64,000 nt of DNA from Bdellovibrio sp. GTDB lineage: Bacteria > Bdellovibrionota > Bdellovibrionia > Bdellovibrionales > Bdellovibrionaceae. Positions within the stretch are counted from its first letter, which is position 1, and each line of letters begins with the position of its first letter. Positions 29,041-37,824 of the stretch are shown piece by piece. The stretch is from positions 64,001-128,000 of the forward strand of contig JAKFBS010000003.1 in assembly GCA_036677065.1 (NCBI GenBank). The letters run 5' to 3'. Both the position numbers and the translations under genes were made by a program. Below the pieces are notes generated by a model that was given only the letters and a program-made list of their open reading frames with translations, did not search any database and had not been told where the DNA came from.

Positions 29041-29073
29041 ATTGTCTCTTTATTCCTGAATCTAAATTAGAAT

Positions 29074-29090
29074 AGCAATACTAGAGCCAA
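29074..29090 (-). promoter_or_regulatory. Sigma54 (-24/-12) promoter of the rSAM-peptide operon
   Basis: Minus strand TTGGCTCTAGTATTGCT = TTGGC-N7-TTGC, 33 nt upstream of the rSAM ATG. Confidence 0.75.
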
Positions 29091-29146
29091 ATGAAAGTAT
29101 CTTGCGGAAGTTACTGGTTTTTATATAAACCGTTAGGACTTTAGTA

Positions 29147-30964
29147 CTATGCTTTCGGTAAACTGATTTTGATCGTTGTTCCTACATGTTCTGCAGAAGA
29201 GATTTCGAATCGTCCGTTTAGTCGTTCAATAACTCGTTTGGCGTGTAGAATCCCAATCCCATTTCCTTGATTGGTATCTGCCTTTGTTGTAATGCGGGCA
29301 GTGCCTAGAAGCTTTAGAACTTGTTCGGGAATTCCAGTACCATTATCTGTTATGCCCACGCGAATCATATCATTATGCGAATCTATTGAAATAAAAATTC
29401 TAGGTTCTAGGATACTTTGAAGAGCGAAGATTGAGTTATCTAAAATATTACTCAGGATGCGTTCTAAATCTAATTTTAGCCCCATCGCGGTTGTCGATTC
29501 AGAATTAATCACGAATTCAAATTCAACTTTTGTATTTAGAATTTTTTTCTCTTTAGTTATTGATGAAATAATTTCTGCTAAATCAATTTGCTCAACAGCT
29601 TCATTTTCGCTACCAGTCTTCGTTCTATAACGAGTAAGAATCTTAGTTGCGGTTTCATCAATTCGCTGAACGGCACTATCAAAGATTTCTTTATATTCTG
29701 GGTCGTCGAACTTTACTTTGTGCATTACTAGATTAATTGCGGAAAGTGGCGACCGAATATCATGCGCAACTTTTTCTGAGACTGTAAGAAGTGCATCAAT
29801 TCTTGCATCTCCGATTTCTTGTAGTTTTTTCGTTTCCTGCTCTTTAAACATCGAGAACATTATTATTGGGATGCCTAAGTATTGCAGAAAAAATATTAAA
29901 ACAATTGATCTAGAGAAATCTAGAAAAAAACTGCTGAAAACATAAGTTAATGTCGCTAAAATAAGGAACAGTGGAATGATCGAAAGCGAAATGAATAATT
30001 TCGTTTTCGATGGAATTTTTATACAAATTAAAATACTAAGAATTATGAAAGTTATTAACAGATCATTAAAATTTTTAGGGGTTTTAATATAATTCCCAGT
30101 AGTATATGTATTTAATATATTTGCCAGGTTATCAACATGTGGGAAATAGAACGTTTTGAAATTATCACCAGAAATTTTATCTGAAAAATTAAATACTGAA
30201 GGTAATCCTGAGAATGAAAACTCATCGAAAGATCCAAGCAAAATTGTTTTTTCTGTAAAATTGCTACCATCAATAATATTGTTCAATAAGTCTTGAGCAT
30301 CGTAAGAACCAAAAGCACCTGCTTTATAGCTTTTAAAATAGATTTGATCAGTTTCCCAAAGTTTAAATCCAAATTTGAAATAATTAAGTTCTTTGGGATT
30401 GTATCCTAAGTTCTTCAATTCTAGATATTCATCCGCAGGTCCTTCTTTATCATAACTTAATAATAGCCGTCTGGGTTTGCGGTCGCGTGCACCCTGATTC
30501 GTGTCGGTTGAGCTACTTATAATAACAAAGCGCGCGAAATTTTCAAATACTGGATTCCTTGCAAGATTGTCTTCTGGATTTACGTAATCAGCTTGTAGAT
30601 ATATTTCTTTTTTATCTTCAATATATTTAAAAAAACCTTTTTTAATTTCTTCGCCGCGAAATTCTTTTTGAGAAAAGCAGAGAATAATATGTTTTGGTTT
30701 GTAGCTGCGAATTTTATCAATGACCGATGTGAATGTTTCTAGTGTAAAGGGTCTTGTGAACGTATCGACTTTGCCATTAATGTTAACCGTAACGAATGAT
30801 GTATCAACTTCAGCAGGATCATTTAAGAATTGTAATGCATCTTTGATAAAAGATTTTACGCGTGGAAAATCAGTCTGCTGACAATACCACATCAAGGGCA
30901 CAAGCGCAGCAACCAGAACCAACTTTTTCCAAGAAAACGAGAACCAACGATTTAGCCATTTCAT
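29147..30964 (-). CDS. Sensor histidine kinase with divergent CHASE2-like domain (low GC)
   Basis: DRKPRR / EKTILLG / VDNLAN, 3 TM, VAHDIRSP H-box, DNGTGI, GNGIGI. Confidence 0.85.
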   Translation of the reverse strand: MKWLNRWFSFSWKKLVLVAALVPLMWYCQQTDFPRVKSFIKDALQFLNDPAEVDTSFVTVNINGKVDTFTRPFTLETFTSVIDKIRSYKPKHIILCFSQKEFRGEEIKKGFFKYIEDKKEIYLQADYVNPEDNLARNPVFENFARFVIISSSTDTNQGARDRKPRRLLLSYDKEGPADEYLELKNLGYNPKELNYFKFGFKLWETDQIYFKSYKAGAFGSYDAQDLLNNIIDGSNFTEKTILLGSFDEFSFSGLPSVFNFSDKISGDNFKTFYFPHVDNLANILNTYTTGNYIKTPKNFNDLLITFIILSILICIKIPSKTKLFISLSIIPLFLILATLTYVFSSFFLDFSRSIVLIFFLQYLGIPIIMFSMFKEQETKKLQEIGDARIDALLTVSEKVAHDIRSPLSAINLVMHKVKFDDPEYKEIFDSAVQRIDETATKILTRYRTKTGSENEAVEQIDLAEIISSITKEKKILNTKVEFEFVINSESTTAMGLKLDLERILSNILDNSIFALQSILEPRIFISIDSHNDMIRVGITDNGTGIPEQVLKLLGTARITTKADTNQGNGIGILHAKRVIERLNGRFEISSAEHVGTTIKISLPKA

Positions 30965-31200
30965 GCGATAACCACCTATGACATTAAGATTATGGCTAAA
31001 TAATCAAATATTTAGTAGCGTGAGAAGTATGGTCGGCTCGAGTTTTAGGACTTTGGTCGCTGTTTAAAAAATATTTAATTTTTTAAAGAATCAATATTGC
31101 CAGCCTTTGATCATTAAAGAATATGTAATTTTCTACATATTTAAACAATGCAAGGCTTAGGTCTATTGTGAGTAATCATTCGATCAAGTTTAATAAAAAT

Positions 31201-32061
31201 ATGAGAATGTTTATTAACATTTTATTAACATTCTTGGTGTTGCAGGCGCAGGCGCAAATTTTTATACCGATGGCGTTTTACAGTGGTGTTATATGGGTTC
31301 ATAATTTTGGAACTTATCGTGCATGGAAGGACGGGACGTATGCTATTTCATGCGATGCGTATTTAACTTCTTCTGATAAACATCAATACGTTGGAGATAC
31401 TGGAAATGGCGTTTATCGGATTCAGCCAATTTCTTTTGGTGTGCCGTTTGATGTTTATTGTGACATGACCAACGATTCGGGCGGATGGATGTTGGCGGCG
31501 GTGCCTCGGCGTGCAACTGCAAAAATGTCAGAAACTGCAGGGTTGCTGGATCCAACAGTGACAGCGGCAACCAGAAATTCAAATATTTGGAATACGACAA
31601 GCACGGTGCCATTTCAGAATATACGTTTAACAAATAATTGGCCGACACCAACCAGCCGAAACATGGCAACGTTTCCCACTTCCACGACGCTGGGTACGTT
31701 GCTGACAACGTATTCGACGTATAGCCAATCAAATATTGTACTGAGTGGCACAGCAATCATTTCTACAATTGCATCAACTTGTTTAGTGATACGTGGAAAA
31801 AGTAGAACTGATGCCCCCTACAACGACAACGCAGATTGGTTGTTTATAGGTTTTCATTCTAGGTGTACTGCGCCGGTTAGCGATGCCGATAATTGGGATA
31901 CTACTTCTGGTTCTACTCAGTGGATTATCGGAGGTAAAGATAACGGTAATCCAATGTTAGCCGATACTTCAGTGGGAATTAACACCAGCGATAAGCACTG
32001 GAATTACAATAATACGGCGACTTATGATGTGGACACTCGAACCATGGTTTGGATTAAGTAA
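31201..32061 (+). CDS. Secreted protein with fibrinogen-like YCDxxxxGGW domain
   Basis: Signal peptide; SC..Y..GNGVYRIQP..VYCDMTNDSGGWML; start uncertain (31168/31201/31207). Confidence 0.8.
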   Translation: MRMFINILLTFLVLQAQAQIFIPMAFYSGVIWVHNFGTYRAWKDGTYAISCDAYLTSSDKHQYVGDTGNGVYRIQPISFGVPFDVYCDMTNDSGGWMLAAVPRRATAKMSETAGLLDPTVTAATRNSNIWNTTSTVPFQNIRLTNNWPTPTSRNMATFPTSTTLGTLLTTYSTYSQSNIVLSGTAIISTIASTCLVIRGKSRTDAPYNDNADWLFIGFHSRCTAPVSDADNWDTTSGSTQWIIGGKDNGNPMLADTSVGINTSDKHWNYNNTATYDVDTRTMVWIK

Positions 32062-32188
32062 ATAGGTGAATATTTACTTAAATGGAGAGTACTTTCGTCT
32101 AGGGTATCATCAAAAACTGGTTTGAAAATCTAAATTTTTGTCTAGAATTGATGTAGTGTTAATATGAGTCGCGATAAAGAAAAGGAAA

Positions 32189-33157
32189 ATGCAGATTGGA
32201 TTTTGCTTTATGAAAGTAAAATTTTGGGGAGTTCGTGGATCGCTTCCGAGCAGTTCGAGCCCAATTGAAGCAAAAGAGCAATTCGCTCTTTTGATGCGCG
32301 AGTTTTTGGATAAAGGTTATAAAACCCCGACTGAAATTGATAAATTTCTTTCTGAAAAAAAACTTGTCGATATCAGCGGTTACGGTGTTGCAACAACTTG
32401 TGTTGAAGTTCAAGGTGACGATCAAACTATTATTATCGATGGTGGCAGCGGCATTAAATACCTTAGCGATGCGTTGGCGAAAAATCGTTTTACGAAAAAA
32501 GAATATCACATCTTAATTACTCATTTTCATTTTGATCATATTCTTGGCTTACCTTTCTTTGCGCCGCATTTTATTCCTGGTTGCACGGTCAAATATTATT
32601 GTGTGCAGCCTGAATGTGAAAAAATTGTGCGCGATCTATTTCAGAAGCCGATTTTTCCGGTGGGTTATGAAGATCTTAAAGCGAATATTCAATTTATTAA
32701 GTTATCTCCGCATGAAAAGCGCTACATCAATGGCTTTGCGGTAACGCCGTACTTGCTGGATCATCCAGATCCTTGTTATGGTTTTCGTATCGAACATGGC
32801 GGTAAAGCTTATGGGCATGCTGTCGACACTGAAGCTACGCGCGTAACTCGTGAAGAATTAGGCAAAGATGCAGGTCTTTACGAGAATTTAGATTTGATGT
32901 ATATCGATGCGCAGTACGAAGAAGAAGAAATGAACCATAAAAAAGGTTGGGGCCATGGAACTTTTGAAAGAGCTTTTAATCTTTGCGGGAATTTTGCTAT
33001 TAAACAAGTATACATGGCTCACTATGATCCTTCTGCTAGTCTTCAGGATATTCAGAAAATCAAAGAAAGAGCTGGCGCTGCCTTTGAAAAACATCCCGCT
33101 AAAAAAACGACTACTTGGGATTTCGCCTTCGAAACTCAAGAAGTCGAATTAGAATAA
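32189..33157 (+). CDS. MBL-fold metallohydrolase
   Basis: FWGVRGS, IDGGSG, THFHFDH, GWGH, AHYDP. Confidence 0.9.
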   Translation: MQIGFCFMKVKFWGVRGSLPSSSSPIEAKEQFALLMREFLDKGYKTPTEIDKFLSEKKLVDISGYGVATTCVEVQGDDQTIIIDGGSGIKYLSDALAKNRFTKKEYHILITHFHFDHILGLPFFAPHFIPGCTVKYYCVQPECEKIVRDLFQKPIFPVGYEDLKANIQFIKLSPHEKRYINGFAVTPYLLDHPDPCYGFRIEHGGKAYGHAVDTEATRVTREELGKDAGLYENLDLMYIDAQYEEEEMNHKKGWGHGTFERAFNLCGNFAIKQVYMAHYDPSASLQDIQKIKERAGAAFEKHPAKKTTTWDFAFETQEVELE

Positions 33158-33175
33158 TTTATCAGGAGAATTTAA

Positions 33176-33736
33176 ATGAAATTATCTATAGCATTACTTC
33201 TTACGGCTTTTGCGTTTGGTTGCGCAACTTCAAATAAGACTCAAAAAGTCGTTCAAACAAAATCAGGAAGAACTATTGCTCAAGCCAAGATAGCGCCTGG
33301 TGGTAAGTTAAATTTCTATAGTTGCAAATCAGGTTTCATGCAAAGTTCAAAAACTATTGATAAAAGTAATTGCGAGCTGGTTTCTGATATCAACATAGGT
33401 ACGGTTTTGTCAGACAGCACGGCTAACTCAAAAACCATTTATTCTTTAGAGCATGTTTCAGTTAACGTTGATAATACCTGGGTAAAATGCGACGGAGAAA
33501 ATGAAAGCTGCATTACCAGCGGTGATGCTTGGGACTGGGAAAAAGTAAGCTATTTTGACTTCAGTGATACACAAAGCAGCGAACTTGCGCAGAAATTGAA
33601 AACGGCTTACGCAAATAATAAAGGTGTATCTTTATATTTTAATAAGAGCCAAGTAAAAAAAGATTCAGTTGGCAGCCAGGATACTAAAGATTCTTATGGG
33701 CTTCAGAAAGCTCAACTTTTAATTGAAGAAAACTAA
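33176..33736 (+). CDS. Hypothetical lipoprotein
   Basis: Lipobox AFGC; RBS AGGAG. Confidence 0.8.
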   Translation: MKLSIALLLTAFAFGCATSNKTQKVVQTKSGRTIAQAKIAPGGKLNFYSCKSGFMQSSKTIDKSNCELVSDINIGTVLSDSTANSKTIYSLEHVSVNVDNTWVKCDGENESCITSGDAWDWEKVSYFDFSDTQSSELAQKLKTAYANNKGVSLYFNKSQVKKDSVGSQDTKDSYGLQKAQLLIEEN

Positions 33737-33740
33737 GCTT

Positions 33741-33755
33741 GTCTCAATCTGAGAC
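33741..33755. promoter_or_regulatory. GTCTCA-N3-TGAGAC palindrome
   Basis: GTCTCA-ATC-TGAGAC. Confidence 0.6.
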
Positions 33756-33919
33756 TGGCTATTGTTCGCCGTAAATAACAGCTGACTAGCAATTAATGGC
33801 CGCGGTCTTTTCTGGCCGCCGCTATCCCTACTAAATTCATTTCTATCTAATTTTATCTGGCCTATGTTTGGCAATATCTTCTTTTGTTAGAAAATTGAAA
33901 GTTTTCAAAAGGAGTTTTT

Positions 33920-34447
33920 ATGAAAAGTATTTTATTAGCTGCAACGGTTCTATTGTCTTTAAACAGCTTTGCTGAAGGGATCCAAGACGAATTGGGTCGC
34001 GAAGAAAAACTTTTTGCTTTTCAAACGATCGCTAATTTCTTACCTAAAGGCGAATTCAGAGGTCACATTGTCGGTGTATCGAAACATCCTTTTAATGTTC
34101 ACAGATGTGTTGGCGGAGTTTTCTCAGTTAATCCAGAAACACTTTCATCGTCACTTCGCGAAAACAAAGCTTTTCCATTAGAGGCTTTCTTAGATAGTTA
34201 TCATCCAAATCCAGTAGGCATCACTTTTATGTCGATTGATGATAAAATCACACAAGCAAGCTTTTCTGAAACAAAAGTATCGATCACAGCTGTAGATAGA
34301 AAAGATGGTTCTTCTGAAATTTTAGAAGTTGAAAAAACTAAAAAAAATCACGCGATTGTTATGGTCACTTATGTAAGACCGAATGGTGATGTTTTTAAAA
34401 ATGGGTGTGATCTTGATCTGGATAAAGAATACAAAGGTAACGACTAA
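33920..34447 (+). CDS. Hypothetical secreted protein
   Basis: Signal peptide ending SFA; RBS AAGGAG. Confidence 0.8.
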   Translation: MKSILLAATVLLSLNSFAEGIQDELGREEKLFAFQTIANFLPKGEFRGHIVGVSKHPFNVHRCVGGVFSVNPETLSSSLRENKAFPLEAFLDSYHPNPVGITFMSIDDKITQASFSETKVSITAVDRKDGSSEILEVEKTKKNHAIVMVTYVRPNGDVFKNGCDLDLDKEYKGND

Positions 34448-34448
34448 A

Positions 34449-36686
34449 CTACTTTTCAAAAATTAAATTAATTTTTTTCTGGTCTACTGTTGATTCAACT
34501 TCTTTGCTTTCAACAGTATCGGGCCAAACAAAATCGCTATCTGAATCTGATTCAGTGATTTGTTTCATAAAGTTTGTCCAGATCGGTACGGCGGCACCAC
34601 CGCCAGTTAGCGCTGTTGCCAAGCTTTGATCAAAACCAATCCATACAATCGCTGTTGTGCTCGGAGTAAACCCAGCAAACCAAGCGTCTTTTCCGTCAGA
34701 CGTGGTTCCAGTCTTGCCTGCAGATGGTTTTTTAAATCCAGATAAAGAAACATACTTGGCAGTACCAGATTGCATCGTTTCTTTCATCATTCCCACAAGA
34801 ACTGCTGTTTTTGTTTTATCAGATTTGCTTTCGGGTTTTGGTTCAAAGTTCGCAGTTGATTCAAAAAGTAATTTTCCTGAATCATCGAAAGCCTTTTCAA
34901 TAAAGGATAATTTAATCTGGTCACCAAAACGTGAAATATTGCTGTAAGCTTGTAGCACTTCAAGGGGTGTATGCTGGCTTGATCCCAGTGAAGTCGCAGG
35001 CAACGGCGTCATATCTGAAGTTAACCCAAGCAGATGCGATAATTCGATGACTTTTTCAATCCCAACCTGATGGGCAATTTGTGCCGTCGGAGAATTCAAA
35101 CTTTCTTTTAAGGCAAAAAAGTAAGGAATCTCGCCGCGAAATTTTTTATCGTAGTTTTCTGGCTTCCAGGTTTTACGGTTATTATCGAACTTCCACTCGA
35201 ACGCTTGATCATTTAGAGTGGTTGTCGGCGTTACCGATGATTCATCTGTTAACCCATATTGCAAACCCGATAGGTAAACAAAGGGCTTAATCAGTGAGCC
35301 CACTTGGCGTTTGGCATAAAGAGCGCGGTTAAACTGCGATTGACGAAAATTTTGCCCGCCGACAAAGGCAGTGACAAAGCCAGATTGATTATCTGTCGCT
35401 AAAACTACGCCCTGAAGTTCTAAACCATTGGCTTTTTTCTTAATTAAAGATTTTTTTGTCTCGGTTAGATTTTTAATTCCAGATTGTAAGGCTTTTTGTG
35501 CGGTTTCTTGGATTGTCAGATCAAGGCTTGTGTAAAATGTCGTGCCCTCAATTGTAAGTCCAAGTTCTGTGGCTTGTTTTCTAACGGCTTCGAAATAGTA
35601 CGGAGCCGTTTCTGTCGCTTTCACAACTGCCGGCGCTGGCATCATATATTCATTTGCTTTTTTAAACTCATCTTCGGTGATCAGTTTAAGTTCTTTCATC
35701 TTTGATAACACTAACTGACGGCGAATTTTTGCTTTTTCGGTTTTTTTCCATGGGTTGTTTAAGCCTGGATTATTAACGATGGCAGCCAGCAGCGCACATT
35801 CTGATAAATTTAGCTTTGTAATCGTTTTACCAAAATAATATTGGCTGGCCGCGCCAAAACCACGCACTTGAAAAGCTCCACTTTGCCCCATGTAGATCAC
35901 ATTCAAATAAGTCTGTAAAATTTCATCCTTGCTCCACTTAGATTCAAGTTTTACGGCCATGTAAAGTTCTTTGGCTTTGCGTGAATAAGTTTTTTCTGGA
36001 GTTAGAAAATAATTTTTCACTAACTGTTGCGTGATCGTTGATCCACCTTGGGCTTTTCGTAAAGCTATAATATTTTTTACGGCAGCCCGGGCAAGGCCCA
36101 TGATGCTGATGCCTGAGTGATCTAAAAAATCATTATCTTCGATGGCGATTACGGCATTCAAACACTGAACCGGATAATTGGCCAATTTAAGCTCTTCTTG
36201 CATCAGCGGTTCGTTGTTGCGAAACTGCGCCACCATTACCGGATCAGTTTGCGCCGATGTCACAACACGCGTCGGGTCAGCTTTGAAAATTTGCTGAATG
36301 GTGTTTTGGTAAATCACAGCCACATAAGAATCTTCAGCAGATCCGTTCTTCCAGTGAAAACATGTGGAATCCTGCATCAGAGAAATGCCAAATAAGTTGC
36401 TGCAGGCTTGCGCTTGTAGGGTGATGAAATCTCCGGCTAAAATGACCTGATCTTCTGCTCTTTCGCGGTAACCTTTGTCTAAAAAGCTCTTCTGCACAGC
36501 TTTTGCATCGAATTTCTGGTTAATTTTGTACGAAAGCCCTCTGGCATAGTACTTTGTCGATTGTAAAATGGCTTGCGAAGAGAGTTTGCTTTCAAACTCC
36601 TCTTGTATATCAATGGCGCTGACGCTTAAAGATATTGCGCTTGTAAGAATAAAAAAACTGGTCTTTAATATCGAATAAAAGGACAT
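34449..36686 (-). CDS. mrcB: Class A penicillin-binding protein (PBP1B-like)
   Basis: AIEDNDF, GGSTITQQLVKN, RK..E, GSLIKP, SLN, GKTGTT. Confidence 0.85.
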   Translation of the reverse strand: MSFYSILKTSFFILTSAISLSVSAIDIQEEFESKLSSQAILQSTKYYARGLSYKINQKFDAKAVQKSFLDKGYRERAEDQVILAGDFITLQAQACSNLFGISLMQDSTCFHWKNGSAEDSYVAVIYQNTIQQIFKADPTRVVTSAQTDPVMVAQFRNNEPLMQEELKLANYPVQCLNAVIAIEDNDFLDHSGISIMGLARAAVKNIIALRKAQGGSTITQQLVKNYFLTPEKTYSRKAKELYMAVKLESKWSKDEILQTYLNVIYMGQSGAFQVRGFGAASQYYFGKTITKLNLSECALLAAIVNNPGLNNPWKKTEKAKIRRQLVLSKMKELKLITEDEFKKANEYMMPAPAVVKATETAPYYFEAVRKQATELGLTIEGTTFYTSLDLTIQETAQKALQSGIKNLTETKKSLIKKKANGLELQGVVLATDNQSGFVTAFVGGQNFRQSQFNRALYAKRQVGSLIKPFVYLSGLQYGLTDESSVTPTTTLNDQAFEWKFDNNRKTWKPENYDKKFRGEIPYFFALKESLNSPTAQIAHQVGIEKVIELSHLLGLTSDMTPLPATSLGSSQHTPLEVLQAYSNISRFGDQIKLSFIEKAFDDSGKLLFESTANFEPKPESKSDKTKTAVLVGMMKETMQSGTAKYVSLSGFKKPSAGKTGTTSDGKDAWFAGFTPSTTAIVWIGFDQSLATALTGGGAAVPIWTNFMKQITESDSDSDFVWPDTVESKEVESTVDQKKINLIFEK

Positions 36687-36697
36687 AAGTAATTACA

Positions 36698-36976
36698 ATG
36701 ATGAAGCTATCTGCAAGTCAAATACAAAGACTGTCTGAAAAAATCTTAAAAGAGTGGAAAACAAATAATCTAATCACGTTAAAGGTTGAAGAATCTAAAG
36801 TACTTCAAGCCATGAAAGACGCCATCAACGTAGAGTTGCAGGCTGAAATTGCATTAGAAAAAGATGTTCATGCTTTGATGGATCACATGGAACGCGAAGG
36901 CCAAGAATTTCAACGCGGCAAGATGTTTAATTTACTAAAAATGAAATTAGCCAAAGAGAAAAAGGTGATCTTATGA
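36698..36976 (+). CDS. DUF507-like protein
   Basis: MKLS...MFNLLKMKLAKEKKVIL pattern; paired with the next gene. Confidence 0.7.
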   Translation: MMKLSASQIQRLSEKILKEWKTNNLITLKVEESKVLQAMKDAINVELQAEIALEKDVHALMDHMEREGQEFQRGKMFNLLKMKLAKEKKVIL

Positions 36977-37242
36977 TTCTTTCTGAAGAACGTATTGGCC
37001 ACTGGGCTAAAGTTATCACCGATAAAGTTTGGGGCGATGATATCGTCGACTTTACGGATGATGATCAAGCTTTAGTTGCTGCAAGAAGAGCTATTGTTCT
37101 ATTTGTTCGTGAAGATGCAGAAATTGATACCAAAGCCCGTGAAAAAGTAGCGTCTCTAAAACGCAATGTCATGGAAGGCACCTCGGAATGGGAAATTATG
37201 TACAAGAAATATTATGAAGAGGAGAAAAACCGTCGTGGCTAA
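36973..37242 (+). CDS. DUF507-like protein
   Basis: ID..AREKVASLKRNVMEGTSEWEIMYKKYYEEE. Confidence 0.8.
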   Translation: MILSEERIGHWAKVITDKVWGDDIVDFTDDDQALVAARRAIVLFVREDAEIDTKAREKVASLKRNVMEGTSEWEIMYKKYYEEEKNRRG

Positions 37243-37810
37243 GAAAACGAAAAAACCAGTTAAAAAAGCTCCAGCTAAAAAGGCGACTGCGAAACCTAAA
37301 GCTAAGGCAAAGCCAGTTAAAAAAGCTGCGAAAAAACCTACAGCGAAGAAGGCCTCTAAAAAGGCAATTCCTAAGAAAGCTGTTAAAAAATCTGCTCCAG
37401 TTAAGAAGGCTGTAAAAGCTAAACCTGCAAAAAAAGTTACGGCAAAAAAAGCAGTAACAAAAGCTCCAGCTGCTAAAGTAAGTCCTGTTAGGCCAATAGT
37501 AAAAGTTGATTACACAAAAGCCATTACTCCATTGGGTGATCGTTTAGTGATTCGTTTAGTTAAAACTGAAAAAGTGTCTCCGGGTGGATTAATTCTTCCG
37601 GATTCAATGTCTTCAACTGAAGGTTACCTTAAAGGTGAAGTTCTAGCTGCGGGTCATGGCACTTATACTAAAAAAGGCCACCACAAACTGCTTGATGTAA
37701 AAATCGGTGACACGGTTTTATTCAATGAATATTCAAGCACTAAAGTTAAATTTAATAATGAAGATCTACATATCGTGCACGAGAATGAAATTCTTGGTGT
37801 GACAGAATAA
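37235..37810 (+). CDS. groES: Co-chaperonin GroES with N-terminal Lys/Ala/Pro-rich histone-H1-like extension
   Basis: ITPLGDRLVI, SPGGLILPDS, GEVLAAG, VKIGDTVLF, HENEILG; GTG 37235 after GAGGAG. Confidence 0.88.
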   Translation: MAKKTKKPVKKAPAKKATAKPKAKAKPVKKAAKKPTAKKASKKAIPKKAVKKSAPVKKAVKAKPAKKVTAKKAVTKAPAAKVSPVRPIVKVDYTKAITPLGDRLVIRLVKTEKVSPGGLILPDSMSSTEGYLKGEVLAAGHGTYTKKGHHKLLDVKIGDTVLFNEYSSTKVKFNNEDLHIVHENEILGVTE

Positions 37811-37824
37811 TAAGGGGACTAACG

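Noticed and set aside
30978..31067. 29-aa plus-strand ORF (MTLRLWLNNQ...) as a second precursor peptide
   Set aside because: No RBS, opposite strand to the cluster, no Cys
37166..37234. ORF-track N-terminal extension of GroES (MSWKAPRNG...)
   Set aside because: Overlaps the DUF507 gene; GTG 37235 has the RBS
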